64,000 nt of DNA from Eubacteriales bacterium (GTDB lineage Bacteria; Bacillota; Clostridia; Oscillospirales; CAG-272). The notes beneath the pieces were generated by a model. It was not told the DNA's origin and did no database searches. It was given only the letters and a program-made list of their open reading frames with translations. This document shows, one piece after another, positions 1 to 9,041 of the stretch (positions within the stretch are counted from its first letter, which is position 1; the number at the start of each line of letters is the position of its first letter). The stretch covers positions 14,471 to 78,470 of the forward strand of contig JAZRPF010000051.1 in NCBI GenBank assembly GCA_045649045.1. The letters run 5' to 3'. The translations under genes were made by a program, and so were the position numbers.

Positions 1-1883
1 TTGACCTGACGGTAAATATCGCGAATCTGCTCTTTTGTCACCTCAATACCCTGCATAGCAAGTGCCTTGACGATTTCAACAGTGGTGACTGTTGCGTGCT
101 TATCGTCAATCGGTGCGCCAAAGTTATCGGCGAGGGCATCCTTCATTTCCTGCATTGTGACGGTTTTGTCCTCAAAGACAAGCTTCCGAATGGCAATCAG
201 GGCATCGGTCATATTGGCAATGCCAAAGCCCTGCGGGCCTGTGAAATTATAAACGGCACCGCCCTCCTGCAAGCTCTTTCCGCGGCCGATACAGTCAGCA
301 ACCATAGAGGACTCAAAGGGCAAAGGACAACGGGTGGCGTGCGCCGCATCAACGGCATTGTCAGCGTTGACCATCAATTCAATCATATATTCCTGCTGGG
401 CGCAGTAAGCGTCATAAAACTCGTCAAAGCTCTTCATTTCCGTGACGCTCTTGGTGGGCAGACCGATGCGCTTGCCCTTATCATATCCCTCCGAAAAGAC
501 AAGCTCAAGCGGACGGCACATATTGAAAAATGCAGCGTCATGCCATCCATCCGTTTTCGCGGGAACCTGTGGCTCAACACAGCCAATGATACAATAAAGT
601 CTTGCCTCTTCAAGCGGTATGCCGCGACTCATCATCGACGGAATAATCACCTCGTCATTATAGAAGGCAGGAACACCCATTCCTTCACGCGTAACCTCTG
701 CCGCCTTCATAAGAAGCGATTGCGGAGAGCCGTTCCAGACGCGAATAGAAAGCGAGGGCTGCGGCAGGTGGACATGAGAGGATGCTTCGAGGCACATATA
801 AGAAAGGTCATTTGTCGCATCACGACCGTCAGCCGTCTGACCGCCGACAATCAGGTTCTGGAAAAGTCCATAGCCTGCAAAGCCCTCTGCGGAAGCGGCA
901 TCGCGTACCTTATTCAAATCATTCAGCTTCACCCAGATGCAGTCAATCAGCTCCTGCGCCTGTTCCTTGGTGATTTTGCCTTCCTCAAGGTCGCGACGGT
1001 AGTAAGGATACATATATTGGTCGAAGCGACCGGGAGAAATCGAATGTCCGCTTGACTCGCATTGCAAAAGCTGCTGAACAAACCAGAAGCTTTGGCAGGC
1101 CTCACGGAAATTGCGCGCGCCAAATTCAGGCACACGGCGACAGCTTGCAGCAATTTGCAAAAGCTCTGCCTTTCGCTCGCCACTTGCCTTCTCTGCTTCT
1201 CTTTCAGCAAGCGCGGCATAGCGGTGAGCATAGGTAATGACCGCCTCACAGCTTTCAATGACTGCCTCTAAAAAATGGCGGCGCGAAGCATAATCGCCAT
1301 CACCCACGCGCAGAGTGGCAAGTGCTGCCCGTGCTTCCTCAATAATGGCAGAATATCCCTTATCAATTACCTTGGGATAGTCAACGCAAATGTGTCCGAC
1401 ACCGTTATAGAAGTAGTTACCGACGGTGAAAACACCGTGATGCATAAAGACCTTAAGTGCTTCGGGTGCCATATTGGCCGTTGCAAGCTCGGATGTCGTT
1501 TTTCCCTTCCAATAGGGATGAACGCGGCGAAGACGAGCCTTGGTATCCTCGGCAATATAAAAGGGGTCTGCCTCTCTCTTTTCGACAGTATCAAATTCGT
1601 TCTCCAACCACTCATAAGAGTATTCGGGGAAGGTCTGACATCCGCGCGGTGCTATGGAGTTACTGCCGACAATCAGCTCCTCGGGGCGAATAACGATTGG
1701 AATGTTCTCGAGGATATGGCGGAATGCGGCACTTCTGCGCCTTACAATCGGCAGGCTTTCGGTCGCGCGGTAACTTTCGGTCAAAAGCTCCGCACGGTCA
1801 GCCTCAATTTCGGGCATTTTTGCATAAAGATGTGCAATCAGTCTATCAATACGACTGCTTTTTTCAACACTGAATATAGCCAT
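1..1883 (-). CDS. Glycyl radical enzyme (pyruvate formate-lyase fold, probably 1,2-propanediol dehydratase type); N-terminal ~627 aa, C-terminus lies beyond the window start
   Basis: Absent from the ORF track because it has no stop codon inside the window. Manual minus-strand translation from the ATG (complement of 1881-1883, RBS AAAGGAG) reads MAIFSVEKSSRIDRLIAHLYAKMPEIEADRAELLTESYR...ESSGHSISPGRFDQYMYPYY...CIIGCVEPQVP... and stays open to position 1. The GCVEP Cys loop and overall pattern match PFL-like glycyl radical enzymes. The plus-strand ORFs 96..1055 and 1275..1925 are its antisense shadows. Confidence 0.85.
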   Translation of the reverse strand, partial: MAIFSVEKSSRIDRLIAHLYAKMPEIEADRAELLTESYRATESLPIVRRRSAAFRHILENIPIVIRPEELIVGSNSIAPRGCQTFPEYSYEWLENEFDTVEKREADPFYIAEDTKARLRRVHPYWKGKTTSELATANMAPEALKVFMHHGVFTVGNYFYNGVGHICVDYPKVIDKGYSAIIEEARAALATLRVGDGDYASRRHFLEAVIESCEAVITYAHRYAALAEREAEKASGERKAELLQIAASCRRVPEFGARNFREACQSFWFVQQLLQCESSGHSISPGRFDQYMYPYYRRDLEEGKITKEQAQELIDCIWVKLNDLNKVRDAASAEGFAGYGLFQNLIVGGQTADGRDATNDLSYMCLEASSHVHLPQPSLSIRVWNGSPQSLLMKAAEVTREGMGVPAFYNDEVIIPSMMSRGIPLEEARLYCIIGCVEPQVPAKTDGWHDAAFFNMCRPLELVFSEGYDKGKRIGLPTKSVTEMKSFDEFYDAYCAQQEYMIELMVNADNAVDAAHATRCPLPFESSMVADCIGRGKSLQEGGAVYNFTGPQGFGIANMTDALIAIRKLVFEDKTVTMQEMKDALADNFGAPIDDKHATVTTVEIVKALAMQGIEVTKEQIRDIYRQV

Positions 1884-1953
1884 ATAAGGACGGCTCCTTT
1901 ATCTGAAATGAAGAAAGCGAACTAATTTGAGTCATTTTTCAAAAAATTCTTGA

Positions 1954-2499
1954 TTAAATCTGCTCCCAAAGCTCCGGATGAGGTGCAGGGATGACGCTGC
2001 TGCTATGGAAGAGTCCACCTTCCGCCGCGTAAGCCGCGCCCGCCTCAACTGCGGCGGTGACATCCGACACATCTCCTGTCAATACGACAACACCCTTGCC
2101 GCCCATACCGCGCGAAACACGCAAGTCGTAAATGGCAACGCGCGAGGTCTTGACTGCGATATCCGCCGCCTTGATTGCCGTAGAAGCCGAAAATGTTTCG
2201 ATGATGCCGATACTGCCTGCTCTTTCGGTGTTTTGAGAGCCAAAGAGGGCGGTAATGACCTGCTCATCAATGCGTCCCATGAGTGATGCGTCAATCATCA
2301 CGCCGTCAAAGCGAGCCTTGACATGCTCAATTGCGGCGGTGACATCGGCGATATCACCTGTCAGTATCATTTCATATTTGCCGGGGCAAGCGGGATGTGC
2401 GGAAACAAGGCGAACACCTGCGCTTTTCAGAGCGGCATCACAAGCCTCAATGCCCTTGGCAATGCTTTTGAGTTCAATCACACCAACCGTACGGTACAT
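1954..2499 (-). CDS. pduT: BMC-T tandem-domain shell protein (PduT-like)
   Basis: Contains two BMC domains (VGVIELKSIAKGIEACDAALKSA... and IGIIETFSASTAIKAADIAVKTS...). The likely start is the MYRTVGV Met, which has a GTGAGG RBS. The ORF track gives 1954..2517. Confidence 0.8.
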   Translation of the reverse strand: MYRTVGVIELKSIAKGIEACDAALKSAGVRLVSAHPACPGKYEMILTGDIADVTAAIEHVKARFDGVMIDASLMGRIDEQVITALFGSQNTERAGSIGIIETFSASTAIKAADIAVKTSRVAIYDLRVSRGMGGKGVVVLTGDVSDVTAAVEAGAAYAAEGGLFHSSSVIPAPHPELWEQI

Positions 2500-2534
2500 G
2501 GTATGCCTCACTTTCATCTATGTTTTTGTTGATT

Positions 2535-3854
2535 TTATACCTGTTTTTGAATGCGAATGCAATTCTCATCGCAAAAGGTGACCTGCCCATCAATCGAAGC
2601 GTGCTGGGGAATCGACAGTCCATTCCCTGCCACCGCGATAAGCTGACCTGCCTTGACAGCATCACCGACATGAACAGTAGGCAACGAGGATGCGCCTATG
2701 TGCTGCTTGGTCAGGATAGAAACCTCGTCGGATTCTATTTTTCCGCCGTAGGTTGCCTCACGGTGAAAGCGTGAAACGCCGAGAAGCGCACGCCAACGGG
2801 ATGACGGCACCATGCGGGACGAGCGAGCCTCAGACGGCTCTACCTTGGGCAAATTCTGCGGATATCTGATTTTTTCTTGCGCAAGAATGCTTTTCTGTCC
2901 TGCAATCACCGCTTTGGGCGAAATGAACTGACAGCAGGCGGCAATCTCACAGATGCCGCAGCCACAGCAAAGAAGTGCCGAAACAAATTGCTCGGGCATT
3001 GCACGCGCAACCTCACGGCTTGCACGCACCAGTCTGTGTGGCTCAAGCGGATATCCGAGCAATGCACGCGGACACATTTCGGTGCAGTTGGTGCATTGAC
3101 AGCAAACAGAATTGGCTATGGTGACATGACGGTTATATTCACGAAGCTTCATGGAAACTGCGGGAATTTCACGCGGTAAAATCAAAATACCCTTGGTGGT
3201 TTTGGTGACTGTCGCTTGAAGCGGATTGACAATGCGTCCCATTGAGGGGCCACCGTCCATACAGATATGTGTTTCGGGTACAGTGATTCCGAGCTTTTCA
3301 AAAAGCGCAGAAAGGGGTGTTCCTATCGGTACACGCAGAACAGAAGGAGTTTCAATATCTCCGCCCACTGTCAGCCATTTTTCCGTCAGCTTTGCTTCAA
3401 AGCGTACGGCACGCGAAACATTGTAAAGTGTTTCGACATTATAGACCACAACACCCTGTGAAATCGGCAGATTTCCGGGCTGTACCAGCCTGCCTGTGCT
3501 TTCATAAATCAAGCTGATTTCATCGCCCATCGGATAAACATCGGGCAAAACGCGGGCAATGACATCACACGGCAGTATATCGCCATCCTGAATGCCGAGC
3601 TTTTGAGCATTATGGCTTTTGATACCAAGATAAATTTTCTTCGCGCCAAGTGCATCAGCAACAAGGCGCGCACCGTCAAGAACAGTTGACATTTCGCGTG
3701 TCAGAATCACATAGTCGGTGTAAAGAAGAGGCTCACATTCGGCGGCATTGATTAATAATATATCTGCGCCGTCTGCGAATTTGGCATACGAGGGAAAGCC
3801 TGCCCCACCTGCGCCGACAATTCCCGCCTCTTGCATAATCTGTTTGATATTCAT
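2535..3854 (-). CDS. pduS: PduS/RnfC-like flavin and 4Fe-4S oxidoreductase
   Basis: Contains GIVGAGGAGFPSYAKF and two Cys clusters (CCQCTNCTEMCP, CCGCGICEIAC) typical of RnfC/PduS. The likely start is MNIKQIM at 3854, because the longer ORF to 3920 would overlap the BMC-P gene. Confidence 0.75.
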   Translation of the reverse strand: MNIKQIMQEAGIVGAGGAGFPSYAKFADGADILLINAAECEPLLYTDYVILTREMSTVLDGARLVADALGAKKIYLGIKSHNAQKLGIQDGDILPCDVIARVLPDVYPMGDEISLIYESTGRLVQPGNLPISQGVVVYNVETLYNVSRAVRFEAKLTEKWLTVGGDIETPSVLRVPIGTPLSALFEKLGITVPETHICMDGGPSMGRIVNPLQATVTKTTKGILILPREIPAVSMKLREYNRHVTIANSVCCQCTNCTEMCPRALLGYPLEPHRLVRASREVARAMPEQFVSALLCCGCGICEIAACCQFISPKAVIAGQKSILAQEKIRYPQNLPKVEPSEARSSRMVPSSRWRALLGVSRFHREATYGGKIESDEVSILTKQHIGASSLPTVHVGDAVKAGQLIAVAGNGLSIPQHASIDGQVTFCDENCIRIQKQV

Positions 3855-3873
3855 CAAATAAATTCCCTTATAA

Positions 3874-4122
3874 TCAGTCAACGATACCGACAATAACGGC
3901 ATCAACGGGTGCGCTATCATTTGTCAGTGCAAGGCGCGCACTACTGCCAAGTGTCAGAAGGACGGTTTCGCCGATGCCCGCACCGACACTATCCACCGCG
4001 ATGACATACTCTTCTGTTTTCTTGCCGTTTTCAATCATCTGTACCTCCATGAATTTACTGCCGACAAGAGATTCTTGCTTGCGAGTGGAAACCACATTTC
4101 CGATGACAATACCCTTTTTCAT
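3874..4122 (-). CDS. pduN: BMC-P pentameric vertex protein (EutN/PduN/CcmL family)
   Basis: MKKGIVIGNVVSTRK...VIAVDSVGAGIGETVLLTLGSSAR is the typical EutN/CcmL pattern. The internal Met at 4122 has a GGAG RBS. Confidence 0.85.
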   Translation of the reverse strand: MKKGIVIGNVVSTRKQESLVGSKFMEVQMIENGKKTEEYVIAVDSVGAGIGETVLLTLGSSARLALTNDSAPVDAVIVGIVD

Positions 4123-4176
4123 AGATAAGCTCCATTCTGTCGCCTTATGCGACTGCACAAAATTCTGATAAGTGGG

Positions 4177-4830
4177 TTAGCGCACAATATGAACCTTAAA
4201 GCCGTTACCGATACCTGCGGCATTCGCGTCATCGGTATCGACATGCATTTCAAGAGCAAATTGCTCATGAACGCGCACCTGCACATCATAAAAGAGTGTA
4301 CGGCGTTCGCCTTCTGCCATGACCGTCACAAAATCGCCGTCCTTGACACCGAATTTAACGCCATCCGCCGTATGCATATGAATATGGCGGTTGGCAATGA
4401 TACAGCCCTCCTTCAATGTTACAACACCCTTCGGGCCTATCAAGGTAATCGGTGCGCTTCCCGCAATATTACCCGATTCACGAACAGGTGGCTTCACCTT
4501 CAATACAAAGGAGTCGGTTCTTGAAATTTCAACCTGTGAAGCGCGTCTGACGGGGCCAAGAACACGGACATTTTCAATAGGACGAAGCGACGGGCCGATG
4601 ATGGTCAGGGTTTCCTTGCAGGCGTACTGTCCCGGTTGGGAAAGGTCCTTCAGCTTAGTTAATTCGTAGCCTCTGCCGAACAAGGTCTCGACATCTTCCT
4701 TTGTCAAATGGATATGGCGATTTGAGATTCCGACGGGAATATCGCCATTATCGTTCGCCGTTTCGTTGGATGTCAGTGCTGCAATGGTGGCTTTCACCAT
4801 TTCTTCAATCGCTTTTTCGTTGATTTCCAT
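4177..4830 (-). CDS. pduL: Phosphate propanoyltransferase PduL with N-terminal encapsulation peptide
   Basis: Carries the duplicated PduL motif (GISNRHIHLTKEDVETLFG... and IANRHIHMHTADG). The N-terminal amphipathic helix EKAIEEMVKATIAAL is followed by a polar linker. Confidence 0.9.
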   Translation of the reverse strand: MEINEKAIEEMVKATIAALTSNETANDNGDIPVGISNRHIHLTKEDVETLFGRGYELTKLKDLSQPGQYACKETLTIIGPSLRPIENVRVLGPVRRASQVEISRTDSFVLKVKPPVRESGNIAGSAPITLIGPKGVVTLKEGCIIANRHIHMHTADGVKFGVKDGDFVTVMAEGERRTLFYDVQVRVHEQFALEMHVDTDDANAAGIGNGFKVHIVR

Positions 4831-5030
4831 AGCCGAATAATCCTTTCAAATAGGCAAAGTCTTTGCCTATGATGACATTTTATCGAATCCGCCATATATG
4901 GCGGTGAATAGACAAATTAGTGGTTTTTGCTGATGCTTTGAATTGAGGCGCATCCGTCCTCTACTGCAAAAGAAGGGGTATTCTCCGCCGACGGCAAAGC
5001 GCCGTCGGCGAAGAATGATGCCGCGAGAAA

Positions 5031-5303
5031 TTAGCCGATTGTGGGAAGGAGCTTCTCCACATCTGCATGAGGACGGGGAATGACGTGTGTTGCAACAACT
5101 TCGCCGAGCGAAGAAGCAGCTGCACCGCCTGCCTCAACAGCAGCCTTTACAGCGCCGACATCGCCGCGTACCATAACGCTGACGAGTCCGGAGCCGATTT
5201 TCTCGCTACCAATCAAGATAACATTTGCTGCCTTGACCATAGCATCTGCAGCCTCGATTGCTGCAACAAGACCTCTGGTTTCTACCATTCCAAGTGCTTC
5301 CAT
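5031..5303 (-). CDS. pduA: BMC-H hexameric shell protein (PduA/PduJ type)
   Basis: Reads [28 protein letters not shown]...[22 protein letters not shown]. The start at 5303 has a GGAGGA RBS. The upstream extension in the ORF track to 5432 overlaps the previous gene. Confidence 0.9.
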   Translation of the reverse strand: MEALGMVETRGLVAAIEAADAMVKAANVILIGSEKIGSGLVSVMVRGDVGAVKAAVEAGGAAASSLGEVVATHVIPRPHADVEKLLPTIG

Positions 5304-5374
5304 TGTAATTTCCTCCGAAATTGAATTTTTGTTTTTTATTTTGTCCGATATCCATCGGGGAGACGCTTTGTTTT

Positions 5375-5650
5375 TCAGCCTGTTTTCAGGAATGTCATCA
5401 CATCCTCGTGTGGCCGTGCAATCACCTCGCACAGCTTCACACGACCGACGCGCGCCGCCTCGGCACGCCCTGCTTCTGCTGCTGCTTCGACCGCTGAAAC
5501 GCTACCCTCAACAACGACAGTCACAAGACGACCGCCAAGCCTTTTTTCAACATGAATCAGCTTGACATCTGCCGCTTTCAGCATGGCATCAAGCCCTGCG
5601 ATCGCGGCGACCATTGCCTGAACCTCAAGCAATGCAATTGCCTTTTCCAT
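5375..5650 (-). CDS. BMC-H shell protein, divergent paralog
   Basis: Has the BMC fold pattern [28 protein letters not shown]. The pore-loop position reads RLGGRL where the neighbouring paralogs read KIGSGL. Confidence 0.85.
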   Translation of the reverse strand: MEKAIALLEVQAMVAAIAGLDAMLKAADVKLIHVEKRLGGRLVTVVVEGSVSAVEAAAEAGRAEAARVGRVKLCEVIARPHEDVMTFLKTG

Positions 5651-5653
5651 AAA

Positions 5654-5929
5654 TTATTTAATTGCAGGCAGAATCTTTTCAACATCTGCATGAGGACGGG
5701 GAATCACATGCTGTGCAACAACCTCGCCAAGACGGCCTGCTGCGGCAGCTCCTGCCTCAACTGCTGCCTTAACAGCACCGACATCGCCGCGTACCATGAC
5801 GCTGACGAGTCCTGATCCGATTTTCTCGCTGCCAACCATTTCGACATTTGCTGCCTTCACCATAGCATCTGCTGCCTCAATTGCTGCAACAAGACCTCTG
5901 GTTTCTACCATTCCAAGTGCTTCTTTCAT
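5654..5929 (-). CDS. pduJ: BMC-H hexameric shell protein (PduA/PduJ type)
   Basis: Reads [60 protein letters not shown], with an AAGGAGA RBS. It is a near-duplicate of 5031..5303 at the nucleotide level. Confidence 0.9.
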   Translation of the reverse strand: MKEALGMVETRGLVAAIEAADAMVKAANVEMVGSEKIGSGLVSVMVRGDVGAVKAAVEAGAAAAGRLGEVVAQHVIPRPHADVEKILPAIK

Positions 5930-5953
5930 TGTGCTTTTTCTCCTTATATTCTT

Positions 5954-6298
5954 TTATTTTTTATTTTTGGGGGATTTCTTTTCACGCAATTTATCCTTGC
6001 CGAGCGCACTCAAATGAGCGAACCACTCAATATCATCGGACTGGCGCGAAATCATTTTGGATGTAATGTAAAGACCGCGCTTCTGTGCCTCAGCGCTTCC
6101 TGCATTCATTGCCTCTTCAACTGCGCTGACAGCACCCTCAAACTTGACAATCATCACAAGCGGTACTTCGGCGCTATCACCGTTTGCAGGCTTGTTTTTG
6201 TCAATGGCGACAAGCTTGACATCAGCTGTTTTTGCCACACAGTCTGCAACGACAATCGCAGTTGTAAAGCCATATACTTCAATCATGCCGAGTGCCAT
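5954..6298 (-). CDS. BMC-domain shell protein with internal insert and Lys-rich C-terminal tail
   Basis: The BMC core is MALGMIEVYGFTTAIVVADCVAKTADVKLV...VKFEGAVSAVEEAMNAG, followed by ...LSALGKDKLREKKSPKNKK. The start at 6298 has an AAAGGAGA RBS. Confidence 0.7.
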   Translation of the reverse strand: MALGMIEVYGFTTAIVVADCVAKTADVKLVAIDKNKPANGDSAEVPLVMIVKFEGAVSAVEEAMNAGSAEAQKRGLYITSKMISRQSDDIEWFAHLSALGKDKLREKKSPKNKK

Positions 6299-6319
6299 AG
6301 GATTCTCCTTTCGCACTCA

Positions 6320-7516
6320 TCATTCTGCACGGTAGCAGATTTTAATACCCTGCTGGGACACATTCATTTCCATTGCCTCATTTAAGCGGTCAAGAGGATA
6401 AGAATGTGTAATCAGCTCCTCAATCGGAATTTTCATTTCCTCTGCCTGACGCAAGAACGCCATTGTGGTCGGGTAATCCTCGGCACTGTAGTCCCAAGAG
6501 CCAACCAAATTGATTTCCTTGTTGCACATTGCGAAATGAGGATTGATGGAAAACTCACCGTTATTGACGAAGAAGCCCATCTCGCAGAGGCCGCCGCCAC
6601 GGCGGATATAGCTGTAAACATCTGCGGCTGCGGCAGGTGCGCCTGTGCATTGATATGCAAAATCAGCACCCATGCCGTCGGTCACCGAGCGGACAATTTC
6701 AAGACGCTTGTCAAGCGTATCAGCCTCGCGGAAGTTGATGCAGGTTTTTGCACCGAACTTCTTTGCCATTTCAAGACGCTTGGGCGTACCGTCAATGGCA
6801 ATGATGTGGTTGATGCCTGCCGCACGAAGAACGGCAATCATCATCAAGCCCACAGGTCCGAGTCCTTGAATGAGGACACGGCTGTTGAAGTTGAGAAGTC
6901 CTGTTGAATTGCCGCGGTTATATGCATGAACACATACGCAAGCAAGCTCAAGAAGCATTCTTTGATTCAAATTCAGGTCATTGACTCTGAAATAGGTCGC
7001 GCCCTTGGCACGAATGAGAAGGTGACTTGCAAACCAGCCGTTCAAGGGCTGTGCATCGTTGTGACCGATAAGACCGAACACACCCTGCTTATCACAAAGG
7101 TTGGTGTTACCGGGGTGCAGACGGCAAATGCCGCACTCTCCGCAGCTGATAACCGAGGTGACAATTTTATCGCCAACCTTGAGCGGTTTACCTGCTGTAT
7201 CGCAATGTACATTTTTACCGAGAGCAATGACCTCACCCGTACCTTCATGACCAAGAACAACGGGAATCAGTCCGAAGGGGTCGCCGCGCCATTCATGGAC
7301 ATCGGTACCGCAAACGCCGCAGCCCTCGACCTTGACGAGAATGTCGTCGTCCTGAAGTGCGGGAATGGGAAATTCCTTGACCTGAATGTTTTGCTTTTCG
7401 GTCAGCATTGCCACGCGAGCAGTTTGCGGTACGCTCGCGGCGGATGCGCCCGTGCCCGACATATTGCCAATGACACTGCGCACGATGCTCTCAATTTGAG
7501 CAGCATTCAATTCCAT
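6320..7516 (-). CDS. Zn-dependent medium-chain alcohol dehydrogenase with N-terminal encapsulation peptide
   Basis: Carries MDR signatures (EGCGVCGTDVHEW, GHEGTGEV, CGECGICR). The ~40-aa N-terminal extension MELNAAQIESIVRSVIGNMSGTGASAAS is an amphipathic helix plus a Gly/Ser/Ala linker. Confidence 0.85.
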   Translation of the reverse strand: MELNAAQIESIVRSVIGNMSGTGASAASVPQTARVAMLTEKQNIQVKEFPIPALQDDDILVKVEGCGVCGTDVHEWRGDPFGLIPVVLGHEGTGEVIALGKNVHCDTAGKPLKVGDKIVTSVISCGECGICRLHPGNTNLCDKQGVFGLIGHNDAQPLNGWFASHLLIRAKGATYFRVNDLNLNQRMLLELACVCVHAYNRGNSTGLLNFNSRVLIQGLGPVGLMMIAVLRAAGINHIIAIDGTPKRLEMAKKFGAKTCINFREADTLDKRLEIVRSVTDGMGADFAYQCTGAPAAAADVYSYIRRGGGLCEMGFFVNNGEFSINPHFAMCNKEINLVGSWDYSAEDYPTTMAFLRQAEEMKIPIEELITHSYPLDRLNEAMEMNVSQQGIKICYRAE

Positions 7517-7554
7517 ATAAATTCAGTTCCTTTCTAATAATGAGGACAGGCGCA

Positions 7555-9018
7555 TCAGATGATGCGGAAGCTGTCTGCCATGACACAGCGGCGGTGGCGG
7601 GTAAAGCTGCGTGCCGAGGTCAAGCCTTCGCCTGTCGGACCTGCAATAGTGAAGGTGGTATGTCCCTCACCGCCAAATCCGATGCCCGCATAAGAGGGGG
7701 CATTTTTGACGAAAATTGTGGTTTCCACCGCCCGCGCAAAGCGAGTCAGGTGGTCAATGTTTTTGGAATGCATATGTGCGGTATGACGGTTGCCGTGCTC
7801 TGCCTTAACGGCAAGCTCGATTGCCTCGTCAATATTTCGTACGCGCACAATCGGCAGAATCGGCATCATCAGCTCTTCCTGAACAAAGAGATGCTCAAAA
7901 GAGGTTTCGCAAATGAGACAGCGGATATCAGGGGCCGCCTTCACGCCGATTTTACCGAGTAGAACCGCCGCATCGCGACCGACACAATCGCGGTTGATGA
8001 CCTTTTTTGCAATACCCGTTTTGGGATTGACCTTGTCGACAAGCACGATTGCAGCAAGCTGCTCTGCCTGCTCCTTTGTCAGCATATAAGCACCGTTTGC
8101 CTTCATCGAAGCAATCAGCTCATCGGCAATATTGTCAAAAGCAAAAACTTCCTTTTCAGCAATGCAGGGCAAATTGTTATCAAAGGTACAGCCGTCAATA
8201 ATATCCTTACCTGCCTTTGCAATATCGGCGGTATCGTCAACAATGACGGGCGGATTTCCCGCACCCGCACCGATTGCCTTCTTACCCGACGAGAGAACAG
8301 AACGGACAACGCCGGGGCCACCCGTACAGACAAGCAAGCGAATCGCAGGGTGCTTATACATCACATCTGCGGTTTCAAGCGTCGGCTTCACAACCGAGGC
8401 AACAAGCACCGAGGGGCCGCCGACTTCCTTTGAGGCGCGGTTGATGAGGTCAACTGCATAGTTTGAGGTTGCTATGGCATTGGGATGGGGATTAAACACA
8501 ACGCCGTTACCTGCGGCAATCATACCGATGCTGTTACAAAGAACCGTTTCACTCGGGTTAGTGCTTGGCGTGATGCTGCCAACCACACCGAAGGGTGCAG
8601 GCTCGGTCAAGGTCAAACCGAAATCTCCCGTCTTGGCGGCAGATGTGATATCCTCGGTGCCGGGGGTTTTGTCCGCAACAAGCAGATGCTTGGCGGTTTT
8701 ATGGTCAGCGCGTCCCATGCCCGTCTCGGTTACACCGAGCTGTGCCATAACAGGTGCTTCCTCGCGAATCATTCGGCGAATTACAGAAATCAGCTTTTCG
8801 CGCTCGGCAACGCTCATCGCACGGACAGCGCGATAGCCCGATTCGGCAGCGAGAATCGCGTCCTTCATATCGGAATAGACGCCGATGAATTTTCGTCCGC
8901 AATAGGAGGAGGCATCCCATGTTTTCTGTACGGCTGCTTGCGCATCCGTATTCTTAATTTGGCGAAGCACCGATTCGACAATCCCTGCAATCTGCGCTTC
9001 ACTCCATTGTATTGCCAT
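7555..9018 (-). CDS. pduP: CoA-acylating aldehyde dehydrogenase (PduP/EutE family) with N-terminal encapsulation peptide
   Basis: Shows the ALDH pattern with ...TFDNNLPCIAEKE... (catalytic Cys context of the EutE/PduP type). The N-terminal helix is SEAQIAGIVESVLRQI. RBS GGGAGGA. Confidence 0.9.
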   Translation of the reverse strand: MAIQWSEAQIAGIVESVLRQIKNTDAQAAVQKTWDASSYCGRKFIGVYSDMKDAILAAESGYRAVRAMSVAEREKLISVIRRMIREEAPVMAQLGVTETGMGRADHKTAKHLLVADKTPGTEDITSAAKTGDFGLTLTEPAPFGVVGSITPSTNPSETVLCNSIGMIAAGNGVVFNPHPNAIATSNYAVDLINRASKEVGGPSVLVASVVKPTLETADVMYKHPAIRLLVCTGGPGVVRSVLSSGKKAIGAGAGNPPVIVDDTADIAKAGKDIIDGCTFDNNLPCIAEKEVFAFDNIADELIASMKANGAYMLTKEQAEQLAAIVLVDKVNPKTGIAKKVINRDCVGRDAAVLLGKIGVKAAPDIRCLICETSFEHLFVQEELMMPILPIVRVRNIDEAIELAVKAEHGNRHTAHMHSKNIDHLTRFARAVETTIFVKNAPSYAGIGFGGEGHTTFTIAGPTGEGLTSARSFTRHRRCVMADSFRII

Positions 9019-9041
9019 ACTTAATTCCTCCCTTTCGGGCT

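Noticed and set aside
96-1925. Long plus-strand ORFs 96..1055 (319 aa) and 1275..1925 (216 aa)
   Set aside because: Both are antisense shadows of the glycyl radical enzyme gene on the minus strand. Their translations are low-complexity or Cys/Arg-rich with no RBS and no recognisable motifs.
3950-3965. Apparent 1-nt frame inconsistency in the BMC-P gene during manual reading
   Set aside because: The ORF track, computed from the sequence, shows an intact 94-aa EutN-family ORF. The discrepancy is most likely my own counting error, so it is not reported as a frameshift.
5080-5565. Ala/Ser/Pro-rich 161-aa plus-strand ORF across the BMC-H genes
   Set aside because: It is the reverse-strand reading of Ala/Val/Gly-rich shell genes. 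It spans two genes and an intergenic gap, so it cannot be a conserved protein.
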